This document shows, in pieces, positions 55,010 through 63,815 of a stretch of 64,000 bases of DNA; positions within the stretch are counted from its first letter, which is position 1, and every line of letters begins with the position of its first letter. The notes under the pieces were generated by a model. The model saw only the letters and a program-made list of their open reading frames with translations, searched no databases and was not told where the DNA came from. Origin of the DNA: Gemmatimonadota bacterium (GTDB lineage: Bacteria > Gemmatimonadota > Gemmatimonadetes > Gemmatimonadales > GWC2-71-9); contig JBGPOE010000010.1 in NCBI GenBank assembly GCA_041487875.1, positions 4,453-68,452 of the forward strand. Reading direction: 5' to 3'. A program made the translations under genes and the position numbers.

Positions 55010-55555
55010 TTACACGGCGCGCGGCGTCGGGGGTCCGTAGCGCTCGGCCGGCGTGTGTAGCTTCTCCCATTCCGACCGGAACGCGAACGGGTCCAGCCCC
55101 GTAGCGCGATCGACGGCGAGAATTCCGTCCACGTGGTCGATCTCGTGCTGCAGCAGCTCCGCCATCGGTCCCACCAGCTCGACCGTCCGCGCCTTGTTCT
55201 TGAGGTCCTGATAGCTCACGGTGATGCGGTAGGCGCGCGTCACGCGGACCAGCAGGTTCGGGAAAGAGAAACAATCGTCCCACACCAGGAAGTCTTCCGA
55301 GCCGACGTCGGTGATTTCCGGATTCACCATGATCCACCGCATCTTGCCCGGGTCTACCACCAGCAAACGCACGGGCGCGCCGATCTGCGGGGCCGCAATC
55401 GCGCGGCCCATCTTGTACTTGCGCTTTGCCGCTGTGAGCGTGTCGCGCAGATCGTCCGCCACCAGCCGGATCGCAGGCGATGTCGGGTCTTGCACGAGCT
55501 CACAGCGCGCCCGGAGCACCGGGTCGCCGAGTTGGCGGATGCGGCGGACAGCCAT
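55010..55555 (-). CDS. def: peptide deformylase (variant motif 2)
   Basis: Motif 1 GRAIAAPQIG, motif 2 DDCFSFP (canonical EGCLS) and motif 3 QHEIDHVDG. Confidence 0.8.
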   Translation of the reverse strand: MAVRRIRQLGDPVLRARCELVQDPTSPAIRLVADDLRDTLTAAKRKYKMGRAIAAPQIGAPVRLLVVDPGKMRWIMVNPEITDVGSEDFLVWDDCFSFPNLLVRVTRAYRITVSYQDLKNKARTVELVGPMAELLQHEIDHVDGILAVDRATGLDPFAFRSEWEKLHTPAERYGPPTPRAV

Positions 55556-55622
55556 AGGGGCCCTAATTCTGGGGTGGCGCGCCTTTGCCCGCCAGCAGGA
55601 AGCGGACTATGCTAGTGCCCCC

Positions 55623-56234
55623 ATGTCACTCGCCGGCGTCGTGCTCGCAGGCGGTCGTTCCGCCCGGATGGGAACCCCGAAGGCGCTGCTTGATTTTCGC
55701 GGCCAGCCGTTCGTCGTGCGCATCCTCGAGGCCCTTGAAGCCCTCGATCTCAAGACCCGGGTGTTGGTGCTAGGCCCCGATGCGGCTCGCGAGCGTGCGG
55801 CTGTCGCCGCCCACGACTGCCTGATCGTCGAGAACCCCGACGTGGAGGGCGGCCCCATCGCGTCTCTGAGGAAAGCGCTCGAGGCCCTCCAGCCCGTCCG
55901 TCCCGGCGCCATCCTGGTCTGGCCGGTGGACCTGCCGCACGTGCGGATCGCCACCGTCGAGCGGCTCATCGAAGCGCACGAGCGCGGCCATCCCAAGGCC
56001 GTCGTCCCGGTGTTTGGCGAGCGGCGCGGCCACCCCGTGATCTGGGACGAAGCCCTGTTCCCGCAGCTGGAATCGAGCGCGGCCGCCACCCGGGAGGGCG
56101 CGCGCGCCGTGCTGCATGCCCACGCCGGTGCGGTCGCCCAGGTCGCCGTGGATGACCCGGCCGTGATCGACTTCATTAACACGCCCGCCGATTACGAGCG
56201 CCTGATCCGCGAGATCAATCGGGACGCGTACTGA
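55623..56234 (+). CDS. MobA/MocA-like nucleotidyltransferase (molybdenum cofactor nucleotidylyltransferase family)
   Basis: VVLAGGRSARMGTPKALLDFRG N-terminal signature. Start is ATG 55623, inside ORF 55311..56234. Confidence 0.7.
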   Translation: MSLAGVVLAGGRSARMGTPKALLDFRGQPFVVRILEALEALDLKTRVLVLGPDAARERAAVAAHDCLIVENPDVEGGPIASLRKALEALQPVRPGAILVWPVDLPHVRIATVERLIEAHERGHPKAVVPVFGERRGHPVIWDEALFPQLESSAAATREGARAVLHAHAGAVAQVAVDDPAVIDFINTPADYERLIREINRDAY

Positions 56235-56266
56235 ACGGGCCCCCCTGGCCTAGGAATTCGGGCTTC

Positions 56267-56284
56267 ATACTGAATTCACAGTAT
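56267..56284. promoter_or_regulatory. inverted repeat ATACTG-N6-CAGTAT upstream of the TetR/aromatic operon
   Basis: Read directly. It sits in a locally AT-richer 92-nt spacer and is flanked by two GAATTC copies. Confidence 0.25.
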
Positions 56285-56326
56285 CTTTTTTACCCGGCGT
56301 TCAATTTTCGTGCGGGAGGGTCATCC

Positions 56327-56950
56327 ATGGCCGCTGCCACAGCTGTCGCCGCATCGCGTCCCACCCGCCACGTGCGGGAGAAGCGTCGGCGCCGCCGGAC
56401 CGAGATTCTGCATGCCGCGCTGCGGGCGTTTCGTGCCCAGGGCTACCACGCCACCACGCTCGACGACATCGCGGCGCTGCTGGGGCTGCGCAAGACGGCC
56501 CTGTATCACTATTTCCCCGACAAGGAAGCAATCCTCTACGCCTGCCATCGCGAAGGCTTGGCGGAAGTCACGGGAATTCTGGCGGCGGCGCGCCGCCATT
56601 CCCCGAGCGCCGCCGCACGCCTCGCCTACGTCATTCGCGAACACGTGCGCGTCATGACAGACACACTCGAGGGATCGTCGCTCGCGCTCGAGGTGTCGGC
56701 GCTGTCGTCCCGGCACCGCGCCGAAGTGATCGCCGCGCGCGACCGCTACGAACGGGCGCTGCGCGAGCTGGTGCGGGACGGCGTGGCCGCGGGTGAGTTC
56801 CGGCGCGTCGACCCCAAGCTCGCGATGTTCGCCATTCTCGGCGCGATCAACTGGGTGGTTCGCTGGTACCGTCCCGATGGTTCTGTGCCTCCCCAACAAC
56901 TCGGTGCTCACTTCGCCGACCATCTGATTCGAGGACTTCGCACGCCATGA
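56327..56950 (+). CDS. TetR/AcrR-family transcriptional regulator
   Basis: HTH ILHAALRAFRAQGYHATTLDDIAALLGLRKTALYHYFPDKEAI. GGGAGGG RBS. The stop overlaps the next ATG (ATGA). Confidence 0.85.
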   Translation: MAAATAVAASRPTRHVREKRRRRRTEILHAALRAFRAQGYHATTLDDIAALLGLRKTALYHYFPDKEAILYACHREGLAEVTGILAAARRHSPSAAARLAYVIREHVRVMTDTLEGSSLALEVSALSSRHRAEVIAARDRYERALRELVRDGVAAGEFRRVDPKLAMFAILGAINWVVRWYRPDGSVPPQQLGAHFADHLIRGLRTP

Positions 56951-58023
56951 CCACCATTGCGGCGCATCCGGCGCCCGCCCGGCATTTCGCCTCGCGGCCC
57001 GTCGACGACTTCGAGTTCCGGGAAATCCGCTACACCAAGGGCGACGGCGTCGCGCACATCACGATCGACCGCCCTCGCCATTACAATGCCTACTCCACCG
57101 CGACGCTGGAGGAGCTCGCCACCGCGTTCCAGGACGCGAGCTTCGATGACGCCGTCGGCGTGATCGTCTTGACCGGCGCGGGCGACCGCGCGTTCTGCAC
57201 CGGCGGCGACGTGAAGGAATACGGCCGCGATTACGTCCGCGTGCCGCGGGACTACTGGAAATACATGGCGCTGTTTCGCGCCTACATCGAGAGCATTCTC
57301 AACGCCGGCAAGCCCGTCATCGCGCGGATCAACGGCATGGCCGTGGGCGGCGGCAACGAGAGCCAGCTCGCCTGTGATCTCTCCGTCATCGCGCAGCACG
57401 CGTACCTGAAGCAGGTGGGCACGCACGTCGGCTCGGTGGCGTGTGGCGGCGCGACGCAATGGCTGCCGATCGCCGTGGGCGACCGGCGGGCGCGTGAGAT
57501 GCTGCTCCTCAACGAGCCCGTCCCCGCCGCGCAGGCGCGCGAGTGGGGTCTCGTCAACTGGGTCGTGCCGTCGGTCCGCCGCGGCGACGTGTGGATCGAG
57601 ACCGCGAGCGCGGCGGAGATCGCTCAGGCGCAGACAGGCGCCGACGGCTACGCCATCGATCTCTCCCGCCTCGACGGCTTCGTGGACGAGCTGGCGCGCA
57701 AACTGCTCGCGTCGTTCCCCGAATGCACGCGCTATACGAAACAGCAGACGAACTTCTGGAAGAATTTCGCGTGGCACCAAACCGTCCCCCACGCTCAGGA
57801 CTGGCTGTCCCTGCATTACGCGTGTTGGGAGCCGCTCGAAGGCATGCGGGCGTTCGCCGAGAAACGCCCGGCGCGCTACGCGGAGCTGCGGGCGCGCGCC
57901 GCGGCGGGCGAGCCGTCGGAAGCGCGCTGGGGCGCGCCGGTGCGCGATTGCCCCGGCTGCGGTGCTCAGGACCTGCCGGCATTACACACTCACTGCGGGC
58001 TATGCGGCGCACGGCTGTCGTAA
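56947..58023 (+). CDS. crotonase-superfamily enzyme, 6-oxocyclohex-1-ene-1-carbonyl-CoA hydrolase (Oah/BamA)-like, with C-terminal CxxC...CxxC tail
   Basis: AFCTGGDVKEYG...INGMAVGGGNE crotonase core. A long insertion with IDLSRLDGFVDELARKLLASFPEC matches my recollection of Oah/BamA rather than the 260-aa BadI/MenB. The tail is DCPGCG...HCGLCG. Confidence 0.6.
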   Translation: MTTIAAHPAPARHFASRPVDDFEFREIRYTKGDGVAHITIDRPRHYNAYSTATLEELATAFQDASFDDAVGVIVLTGAGDRAFCTGGDVKEYGRDYVRVPRDYWKYMALFRAYIESILNAGKPVIARINGMAVGGGNESQLACDLSVIAQHAYLKQVGTHVGSVACGGATQWLPIAVGDRRAREMLLLNEPVPAAQAREWGLVNWVVPSVRRGDVWIETASAAEIAQAQTGADGYAIDLSRLDGFVDELARKLLASFPECTRYTKQQTNFWKNFAWHQTVPHAQDWLSLHYACWEPLEGMRAFAEKRPARYAELRARAAAGEPSEARWGAPVRDCPGCGAQDLPALHTHCGLCGARLS

Positions 58024-58724
58024 CGGGCGCTGGCCGCGGCATTGGCTGGGCGGTCGCGGCGGCCCTCGCGCCGGACGCCTGGGTCGGGGCGCTCGATTGC
58101 GCGTTCCCCGACGGCCCAGGGTCCGCGCAGCTCGCCCTCCCGCTGGACGTGCGCGACACGGCCGCGGTGAACGCAGGTGTCGAGCGCATCGCGCAGGAGC
58201 GCGGCGGGATCGACTGGGTGGTGTGCGCCGCCGGCATCACGCGCGACCGCGTGCACTGGAAGATGAGCGACGCGGAGTGGAGCGAGGTGCTGGACGTGAA
58301 CCTGACGGGGGCCTTCCGCGTGGCGCGCGCCGCGGCGCCGCATCTGCGCCGCTCGCCCTGCGGGCGCCTCGTCTTCGTGTCGTCGATCAATGGCCTGCGC
58401 GGCATGTTCGGCCAGGCCAACTACGCGGCGGCGAAGGCCGGTCTCGTGGGCCTCGCGCGGTCGCTCGCTCAGGAGCTGGCGCGCGACGGCGTGACGGTGA
58501 ACGTCGTGGCGCCCGGATGGGTGGACACCGCCATGACCCGCGTCCTGGGCGACGCGGCACGCGAACGCGCAGTGGCCCGAACGCCCCTCGGTCGCGTGGG
58601 TCGCCCCGAGGAAGTGGGCGCGCTGGTCAGGTTCCTCTGCAGCGAGACGTCGGGGTTTGTCACCGGCGCCGTGGTCCCGATCGACGGCGGCCAGCTGCTC
58701 GGCGCGGCGGGAGGCGTCGCATGA
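58002..58724 (+). CDS. short-chain dehydrogenase/reductase (FabG/BadH-like)
   Basis: TGAGRGIG Rossmann motif and the catalytic S...YAAAKAG (YxxxK). The ATG at 58002 overlaps the upstream gene by 22 nt. Confidence 0.85.
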   Translation: MRRTAVVTGAGRGIGWAVAAALAPDAWVGALDCAFPDGPGSAQLALPLDVRDTAAVNAGVERIAQERGGIDWVVCAAGITRDRVHWKMSDAEWSEVLDVNLTGAFRVARAAAPHLRRSPCGRLVFVSSINGLRGMFGQANYAAAKAGLVGLARSLAQELARDGVTVNVVAPGWVDTAMTRVLGDAARERAVARTPLGRVGRPEEVGALVRFLCSETSGFVTGAVVPIDGGQLLGAAGGVA

Positions 58725-59476
58725 CCGCGGCGCCGGCCGTCCAGCCCATCGGGCGGATCGTGCTCGACCATCCTCCACTCAACATTCTCACGCGCGGCGG
58801 GCTGCATGAGCTGCGCGTAGAGCTCGCCCGTCTGGCCGAAGAGCGCGGCCTCCGGGTCCTCGTGCTCACCGCCGCCGGCAAGCACTTCTGCGCGGGTGCC
58901 GATGTCGCCGAGCACCTGCCGCCGCACCATGCCGCGCTCATTCCGGAGTTTCTGGAGACCGTGGCCGCGCTCGCTGAGTTCCCGGTCCCCGTGGTCGTGG
59001 GAGTGCAGGGCCGGTGTCTCGGCGGCGGCTTCGAGCTGGTGCAGGCGGCCGACTTGATCGTGGCCGGCGAAAGCGCGGTGTTCGGCCAGCCGGAGATCGC
59101 GCTCGGCGTGGTGCCGCCGGCGGCCTGCGTGCTCCTGCCCGAGTGGTTGCCGCGGGGGCTCGCCGCGCGCCTGATCTACAGCGGCGCACCGATCTCCGCA
59201 CGCGAGGCCGAGCGCGCCGGGCTGGTGGCTCAGGTGGTGCCCGACGCGGCGGTGGAGGCGGCCACGCTCGAGCTGGCCGCCACGATCGCGCGGCACAGCG
59301 CCGCAGCGCTGCGCATCGCCAAGCAGACTCTCTCGGAAGAGCGCGCCTGGGCGCGCCGTGCCGCGCTCCAGCGCGCGGGCCGCATCTATCTCACCGACGT
59401 GATGGCCACAGCCGACGCGCTCGAAGGCCTCCGCGCCTTCGTGGACAAGCGTCCCGCCGTCTGGAGCGATGCATGA
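58721..59476 (+). CDS. enoyl-CoA hydratase/isomerase (Dch/BadK-like crotonase)
   Basis: LTAAGKHFCAGADV...GRCLGGGFEL...FGQPEIALGV crotonase oxyanion and catalytic motifs; 251 aa; ATGA overlap with the SDR gene. Confidence 0.8.
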   Translation: MTAAPAVQPIGRIVLDHPPLNILTRGGLHELRVELARLAEERGLRVLVLTAAGKHFCAGADVAEHLPPHHAALIPEFLETVAALAEFPVPVVVGVQGRCLGGGFELVQAADLIVAGESAVFGQPEIALGVVPPAACVLLPEWLPRGLAARLIYSGAPISAREAERAGLVAQVVPDAAVEAATLELAATIARHSAAALRIAKQTLSEERAWARRAALQRAGRIYLTDVMATADALEGLRAFVDKRPAVWSDA

Positions 59477-60651
59477 GCGCCGCGACCGTCGCGGAAGTCT
59501 TCCCCGAATGGCGCGCGGACACGGCGGACGAAATCCTCGCCCGCTGTCGCGAGCTGCTCGAAGACCCGGACTTTCCCACCGTGCGCCGCTGGCGCGAGCA
59601 GGGCGGTCGGGTGCTCGGTCACTTCCAGGTCTATTTCCCCGAGGAGATCGCGCACGCGGCGGGGCTGCTGCCCTTCAAGGTGCGTGGCGCGCCGATCGAG
59701 GCGGCGAAGGCGGACTCGCATTTCGGATCGTATCTCTGCTCGATCCTCAAGACGTCGCTCGAGCTCGCGCTCTCGAAGCACGTCGAGCTCGATCTGTTCA
59801 TCACCCATCCGATCTGCGACGCCGCCCGCAACTTGGCGGGCGTGTGGGGGCGGAATTGCTCCTACCCCTGCCGCATCCTGTATCTGCCGCAGAATCCCAA
59901 CTCCGCCTTCGCGGTGGACTACCTGCGCGATGAGTACGAGCGCCTCACGCGGGTGGTAGAAGAGGTGGCGGGCAAGCCGGTGACGGCGGAGGCGTTGCGC
60001 GTATCCATCGGCGTGTTCAATGAGAACCGGGCGCTGTTGCGCCGGCTGTACGCGCTGCGCCGCGCCGAGCCGTGGCGGGTGCCGGTGGACGAGGCGTACG
60101 TACTCGTCGCCCTCGCGGGGCTGTTGCCGCGGGAGGAGCACAATGCGCTGCTGCGCGCCGTGCTGCCGCTGATCGAGCAACGCCCGGCGCCCCGGCGCGA
60201 CAAAGTGCGGGTGATTCTCGAAGGCGGCTTCTGCGAGCAGCCGCCGCTCGATCTGCTGCGTGCCATCGGCCGCTCCTGCTACGTCGTGGATGACGACCTG
60301 CTCGTGGGCCTGCGCTGGCTCGTCGCCGACGTCCCTACCGACGGCGATCCGTGGCGCGCGCTCGCCCACGCCTACGTGGAACACTCGGCGCACAGCCCGG
60401 TGCAGCACGATCTCCGTAAGCCCAAGGAGCGGATGCTCACCGAGCGGCTGGAGCGCTCCGGCGCCGAGGCCGCGATCCTGCTCGCCGCCAAGATGTGCGA
60501 GCCCGGCCTCGAGGAGCTGGTCGTGCATACGCGCACCCTCGACCAGCGCTCGGTGCCCTACTTCGTGAGTGAGTTCGAGGAGAACATGACGGACTTCGAC
60601 CAGCTCGAGATCCAGCTGGAGACATTCGTCGAGAATCTGCTGTTCGACTGA
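59473..60651 (+). CDS. benzoyl-CoA reductase / 2-hydroxyacyl-CoA dehydratase family large subunit (BcrC/BadD-like, 392 aa)
   Basis: Family-typical pattern YFPEEIAHAAGLLPF...SYLCS...HPICDAARN...ILEGG...KMCEP. It sits directly upstream of a second paralogous large subunit and two BcrAD/BadFG ATPases. Confidence 0.7.
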   Translation: MSAATVAEVFPEWRADTADEILARCRELLEDPDFPTVRRWREQGGRVLGHFQVYFPEEIAHAAGLLPFKVRGAPIEAAKADSHFGSYLCSILKTSLELALSKHVELDLFITHPICDAARNLAGVWGRNCSYPCRILYLPQNPNSAFAVDYLRDEYERLTRVVEEVAGKPVTAEALRVSIGVFNENRALLRRLYALRRAEPWRVPVDEAYVLVALAGLLPREEHNALLRAVLPLIEQRPAPRRDKVRVILEGGFCEQPPLDLLRAIGRSCYVVDDDLLVGLRWLVADVPTDGDPWRALAHAYVEHSAHSPVQHDLRKPKERMLTERLERSGAEAAILLAAKMCEPGLEELVVHTRTLDQRSVPYFVSEFEENMTDFDQLEIQLETFVENLLFD

Positions 60652-60662
60652 GCGAGGCGCAC

Positions 60663-61955
60663 ATGGTGGAAGCAGGAGCCGGAATCGTGGGGCGCGGCGG
60701 CGAAGCCGCGGGGCGGTTGTTTCGGAGCTGGTTCGACGGGCTCACCGCCGCGGCCGAAGAGGGGCGCGGCGCGGCGTACGTGTTCGTCATGGGCAGCGTG
60801 ACCGAGCTGCTGCGCGTCTTCGACTTCCCGATCGTCTTTCCCGAGATCAACTCCCTGCAGACCGCGGTGCGCCACGTCGCGCACGAGTATCTGAATGAAG
60901 CGGAAAACTACGGTTACTCGCCCGACATCTGCGGCTACGTCAAGGCGGACGTCGCGGTCCAGTTGCGGCGCGGCGCCCACCCGATGGGTCGCATCCCCAA
61001 GCCGGCGCTCGCCGTGTGCACCAACGCGTGCAACACCTACATCAAGTGGGGTGAGATGTGGGAGCGGATGCACGGCATGCCGCTGTTCACGCTCGACGTG
61101 CCGGGCTCGCGCGGCGCGGGCGTGACGTCCGAGCCCGGGAGCGAGGACTTCGAGCGCGAGCGCCGTTACGTCGCGGGGCAGCTCGGCGAACTGATCACCC
61201 TGTGCGAACGCGTGTCGGGGCGCGCCTTCGACGTGGACCGCCTGCGCGAGCACCTGGGACACGCCAACGCGATGCAGGCGGCATGGCGCGAGCTCATCGC
61301 GTGCAACCGCAGCCGCCCGGCCGTGTTCAACGCGCTGTCGGACGGCACCATCTACCTTGGCGTGGTGAACGGCTTCCGCGGCACGGCCGAGGGCGCCGCC
61401 TTTTTCCGGGACCTGCTCGAGGAGCTGCGGTACAAAGTGGACCACGGCATCGGCACGGTCACGAAAGAGCAGTGGCGGCTCGCGTTCGTGGGCGTGCCGT
61501 GCTACCCGATCTTCCGCCGCTTCGCGGAGCTGTTTACGCACTGGGGTGGAGTGTTCGTCAACTCGACCTACCTGTGGTTCGCCTCGGGCGGCGCCCACGT
61601 CGACTTCGAATACGACTTGGCGCGGCCGCTGGAGAGTCTCGCAGAGGGCGTGCTGCGCACCGTGCGGGGGGCGATGGACAGCATGTTCTTCCAGGCGCCC
61701 GCGCTCGCCGAGATGATCGATCCGTTCGGCATCGACGGCGTCGTGTTCCATCCGATCAAGAGTTGCCGCACGGTGTCCACGGGTCTCGCCGATACGCGCC
61801 GCGCGCTGATGGAGCTGCGCGACGTGCCCAGCCTCTTCATCGAGTCCGATCTGATGGATCGCCGCGTCGTGTCGGAGGCGCAGCTCAAGAACCGCGCCGA
61901 CGCGTTCTTCGAGGGCCTTGCGTCGCGCCGCGCGCAGCCGGCCCTCGCGCACTAG
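60663..61955 (+). CDS. benzoyl-CoA reductase / 2-hydroxyacyl-CoA dehydratase family large subunit (BcrB/BadE-like, 430 aa)
   Basis: FDFPIVFPEINSLQ...PDICGYVKAD...CNTYIKW...GVVFHPIKSCRTVS pattern of the HgdA/B-BcrB/C family. Confidence 0.7.
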   Translation: MVEAGAGIVGRGGEAAGRLFRSWFDGLTAAAEEGRGAAYVFVMGSVTELLRVFDFPIVFPEINSLQTAVRHVAHEYLNEAENYGYSPDICGYVKADVAVQLRRGAHPMGRIPKPALAVCTNACNTYIKWGEMWERMHGMPLFTLDVPGSRGAGVTSEPGSEDFERERRYVAGQLGELITLCERVSGRAFDVDRLREHLGHANAMQAAWRELIACNRSRPAVFNALSDGTIYLGVVNGFRGTAEGAAFFRDLLEELRYKVDHGIGTVTKEQWRLAFVGVPCYPIFRRFAELFTHWGGVFVNSTYLWFASGGAHVDFEYDLARPLESLAEGVLRTVRGAMDSMFFQAPALAEMIDPFGIDGVVFHPIKSCRTVSTGLADTRRALMELRDVPSLFIESDLMDRRVVSEAQLKNRADAFFEGLASRRAQPALAH

Positions 61956-61964
61956 GAGCACGCC

Positions 61965-62780
61965 ATGGCCCACGCCGCGGGAGTGGATGTTGGTTCGACG
62001 CAGACCAAGGCGGTGGTCTTGGACGAGGCGCGCCGCATCGTGGGCCGCGCCCTCACCGACACGGGCGCCAACGTCATGCAGGCCGCCGAGCGGGCGTTCG
62101 CGGAAGCGCTGCGCGACGCCGACCTCCGCGAAGACCAGGTCGAATACATCGTGGGCACGGGATACGGGCGCTACAAGGTCACATTCGGGAATACCCAGGT
62201 CACGGAAATCAGCTGCCACGCCCGCGGCGCGGTGCACATGTTCCCCGCCACGCGCACCGTGCTCGACATGGGGGGCCAGGACACCAAGGCGATTCGTGTC
62301 TCCCCCACGGGCGAGATCGTGGACTTCTGCATGAACGACAAGTGCGCGGCCGGCACCGGACGCTTCCTCGGCGCCGCCGCGGCGGCGCTCGACCTGCCGC
62401 TCGCCGAGCTCGGGCCCACGGCACTGCGCGGCGAACGGCCGGTGAAGATCAGCACCACGTGCACCGTGTTCGCCGAGTCCGAGGTGCTGTCGTGGGTCGG
62501 CAAGGGCCGGAAGATCGAGGACATCCTGTTGGGCGTCCACGAATCAATTGCCGCGCGGTCGCTTGGCTTGCTGCGGCGCGTCGGGATCACGCCGGACCTG
62601 ACCTTCACCGGGGGCGTGACGAAGAACCGCGCGATGGTGGAGGTCCTCAGCCGCCGGCTGGGCATGGAGCTGAACGTCGGGGAGGACTCGCATTATATGG
62701 GCGCACTTGGCGCCGCCTTGTTCGCGACGGACCGGATCCTCGCGGGGCGCGCGCCGACCGCCGCAGGCGGCACGGCATGA
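61965..62780 (+). CDS. BcrAD/BadFG-family ATPase ([4Fe-4S]-bridging electron-activating subunit), paralogue 1 (271 aa)
   Basis: ASKHA-fold N-terminus [24 protein letters not shown], cluster Cys motifs [12 protein letters not shown] and [19 protein letters not shown]. Confidence 0.85.
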   Translation: MAHAAGVDVGSTQTKAVVLDEARRIVGRALTDTGANVMQAAERAFAEALRDADLREDQVEYIVGTGYGRYKVTFGNTQVTEISCHARGAVHMFPATRTVLDMGGQDTKAIRVSPTGEIVDFCMNDKCAAGTGRFLGAAAAALDLPLAELGPTALRGERPVKISTTCTVFAESEVLSWVGKGRKIEDILLGVHESIAARSLGLLRRVGITPDLTFTGGVTKNRAMVEVLSRRLGMELNVGEDSHYMGALGAALFATDRILAGRAPTAAGGTA

Positions 62781-63598
62781 CCTACACCGCCGGCATCGAT
62801 ATCGGCTCGACCTACGTGAAGGCGGTGATCGTCGGCGCGGAGGGCACGCCGCTCGGCCGGGCCCTTGAGCCGACCGGATTCAAGCTCGCGGCGGCGGCGG
62901 AGCACGCCCTGGCCGAGGCGCTCGAGCGCGCTGGCGTGGCGCGCCAGGACCTCGGCTATTTGGTCACCACGGGCTTCGGCCGCCACCAGGTCGGCATCGG
63001 CGACGTCGCGGTGACGGACTTGACCGCGGCCGCGCGCGGCGCCACCCACCTGTTCCCCGGGACACGGACCGTCCTCGACGTCGGCGGCCATACGATGAAA
63101 GCAAGTCGCTTAGGCCCGAACGGACGGGTCCAGAGTTTCCGGCTCAACGACAAGTGCGCGGCCGGCACCGGCGCGTTCCTCGAGAAGACGGCGCGCTACA
63201 TGGGGTATTCGATCACGGAGATCGGGCCGCTCGTCGCGACCTCCAAGCAGGCCGTGTCCATTTCCGGCGTGTGCGCCGTCTTCGCGGAATCCGAGGTGAT
63301 CAACTGGTTGTCCGAAGGCGCGGCACCCGCCGACATCATGCACGGCGCCATCGTGTCGCTCGTCGACCGCTGCGTGCAGCTTCTGAAGCGCGTGCGCATG
63401 GAGCCTGAATTCACCCTCGTCGGCGGAATTCTCCGGTTCGAGCGGATGGTGGACGTCGTGCGAGCCGCCCTCGGCGGCGCCGTCAACACACCGCCCGGGG
63501 ACCTCGTGCAGTTCATGGCGGCCTTGGGTGCCGCGCTCCTGGGGCAGCGCCGCCTCGAGCGTCTGGCGGCCGGCCGTGATGCCGCGCCCGTTGCCTGA
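62777..63598 (+). CDS. BcrAD/BadFG-family ATPase, paralogue 2 (273 aa)
   Basis: [47 protein letters not shown]; ATGA overlap with paralogue 1. The 846-aa ORF-track entry is only in frame for this last part. Confidence 0.85.
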   Translation: MTYTAGIDIGSTYVKAVIVGAEGTPLGRALEPTGFKLAAAAEHALAEALERAGVARQDLGYLVTTGFGRHQVGIGDVAVTDLTAAARGATHLFPGTRTVLDVGGHTMKASRLGPNGRVQSFRLNDKCAAGTGAFLEKTARYMGYSITEIGPLVATSKQAVSISGVCAVFAESEVINWLSEGAAPADIMHGAIVSLVDRCVQLLKRVRMEPEFTLVGGILRFERMVDVVRAALGGAVNTPPGDLVQFMAALGAALLGQRRLERLAAGRDAAPVA

Positions 63599-63815
63599 CC
63601 AGGGCTGGGAGCGCCGCTTCGTCGCGGACGCGAACCGCGCGCGGGAGGCGGTTGCGCTGTACCAGGCGGCCGGCTTCGAGGTGCGGACGGTGCCTGCCGG
63701 GCCGGAAGATTTCGACACCGGATGCGAGCCGTGCGAGCTCGTGCAGCGCGGTGCGTTTCAGGTGATCTACACGCGGCGCGCGGCACAGGCCGCGATGCCG
63801 TCGGAGGAATCATGA
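63579..63815 (+). CDS. hypothetical small protein (78 aa) inside the aromatic operon
   Basis: [36 protein letters not shown]...CEPCELV. Coding-type G/C third-position bias. It overlaps both neighbours (20 nt and 4 nt). Confidence 0.5.
   Translation: MPRPLPDQGWERRFVADANRAREAVALYQAAGFEVRTVPAGPEDFDTGCEPCELVQRGAFQVIYTRRAAQAAMPSEES

Noticed and set aside
61058-63598. An 846-aa plus-strand ORF that appears to span three genes of the reductase cluster.
   Set aside because: Only the last 273 codons (from ATG 62777) give a protein with family motifs. The upstream part is an out-of-frame read-through of the BcrB-like gene and the first ATPase gene, and it translates to Arg/Gly/Ala-rich low-complexity sequence.
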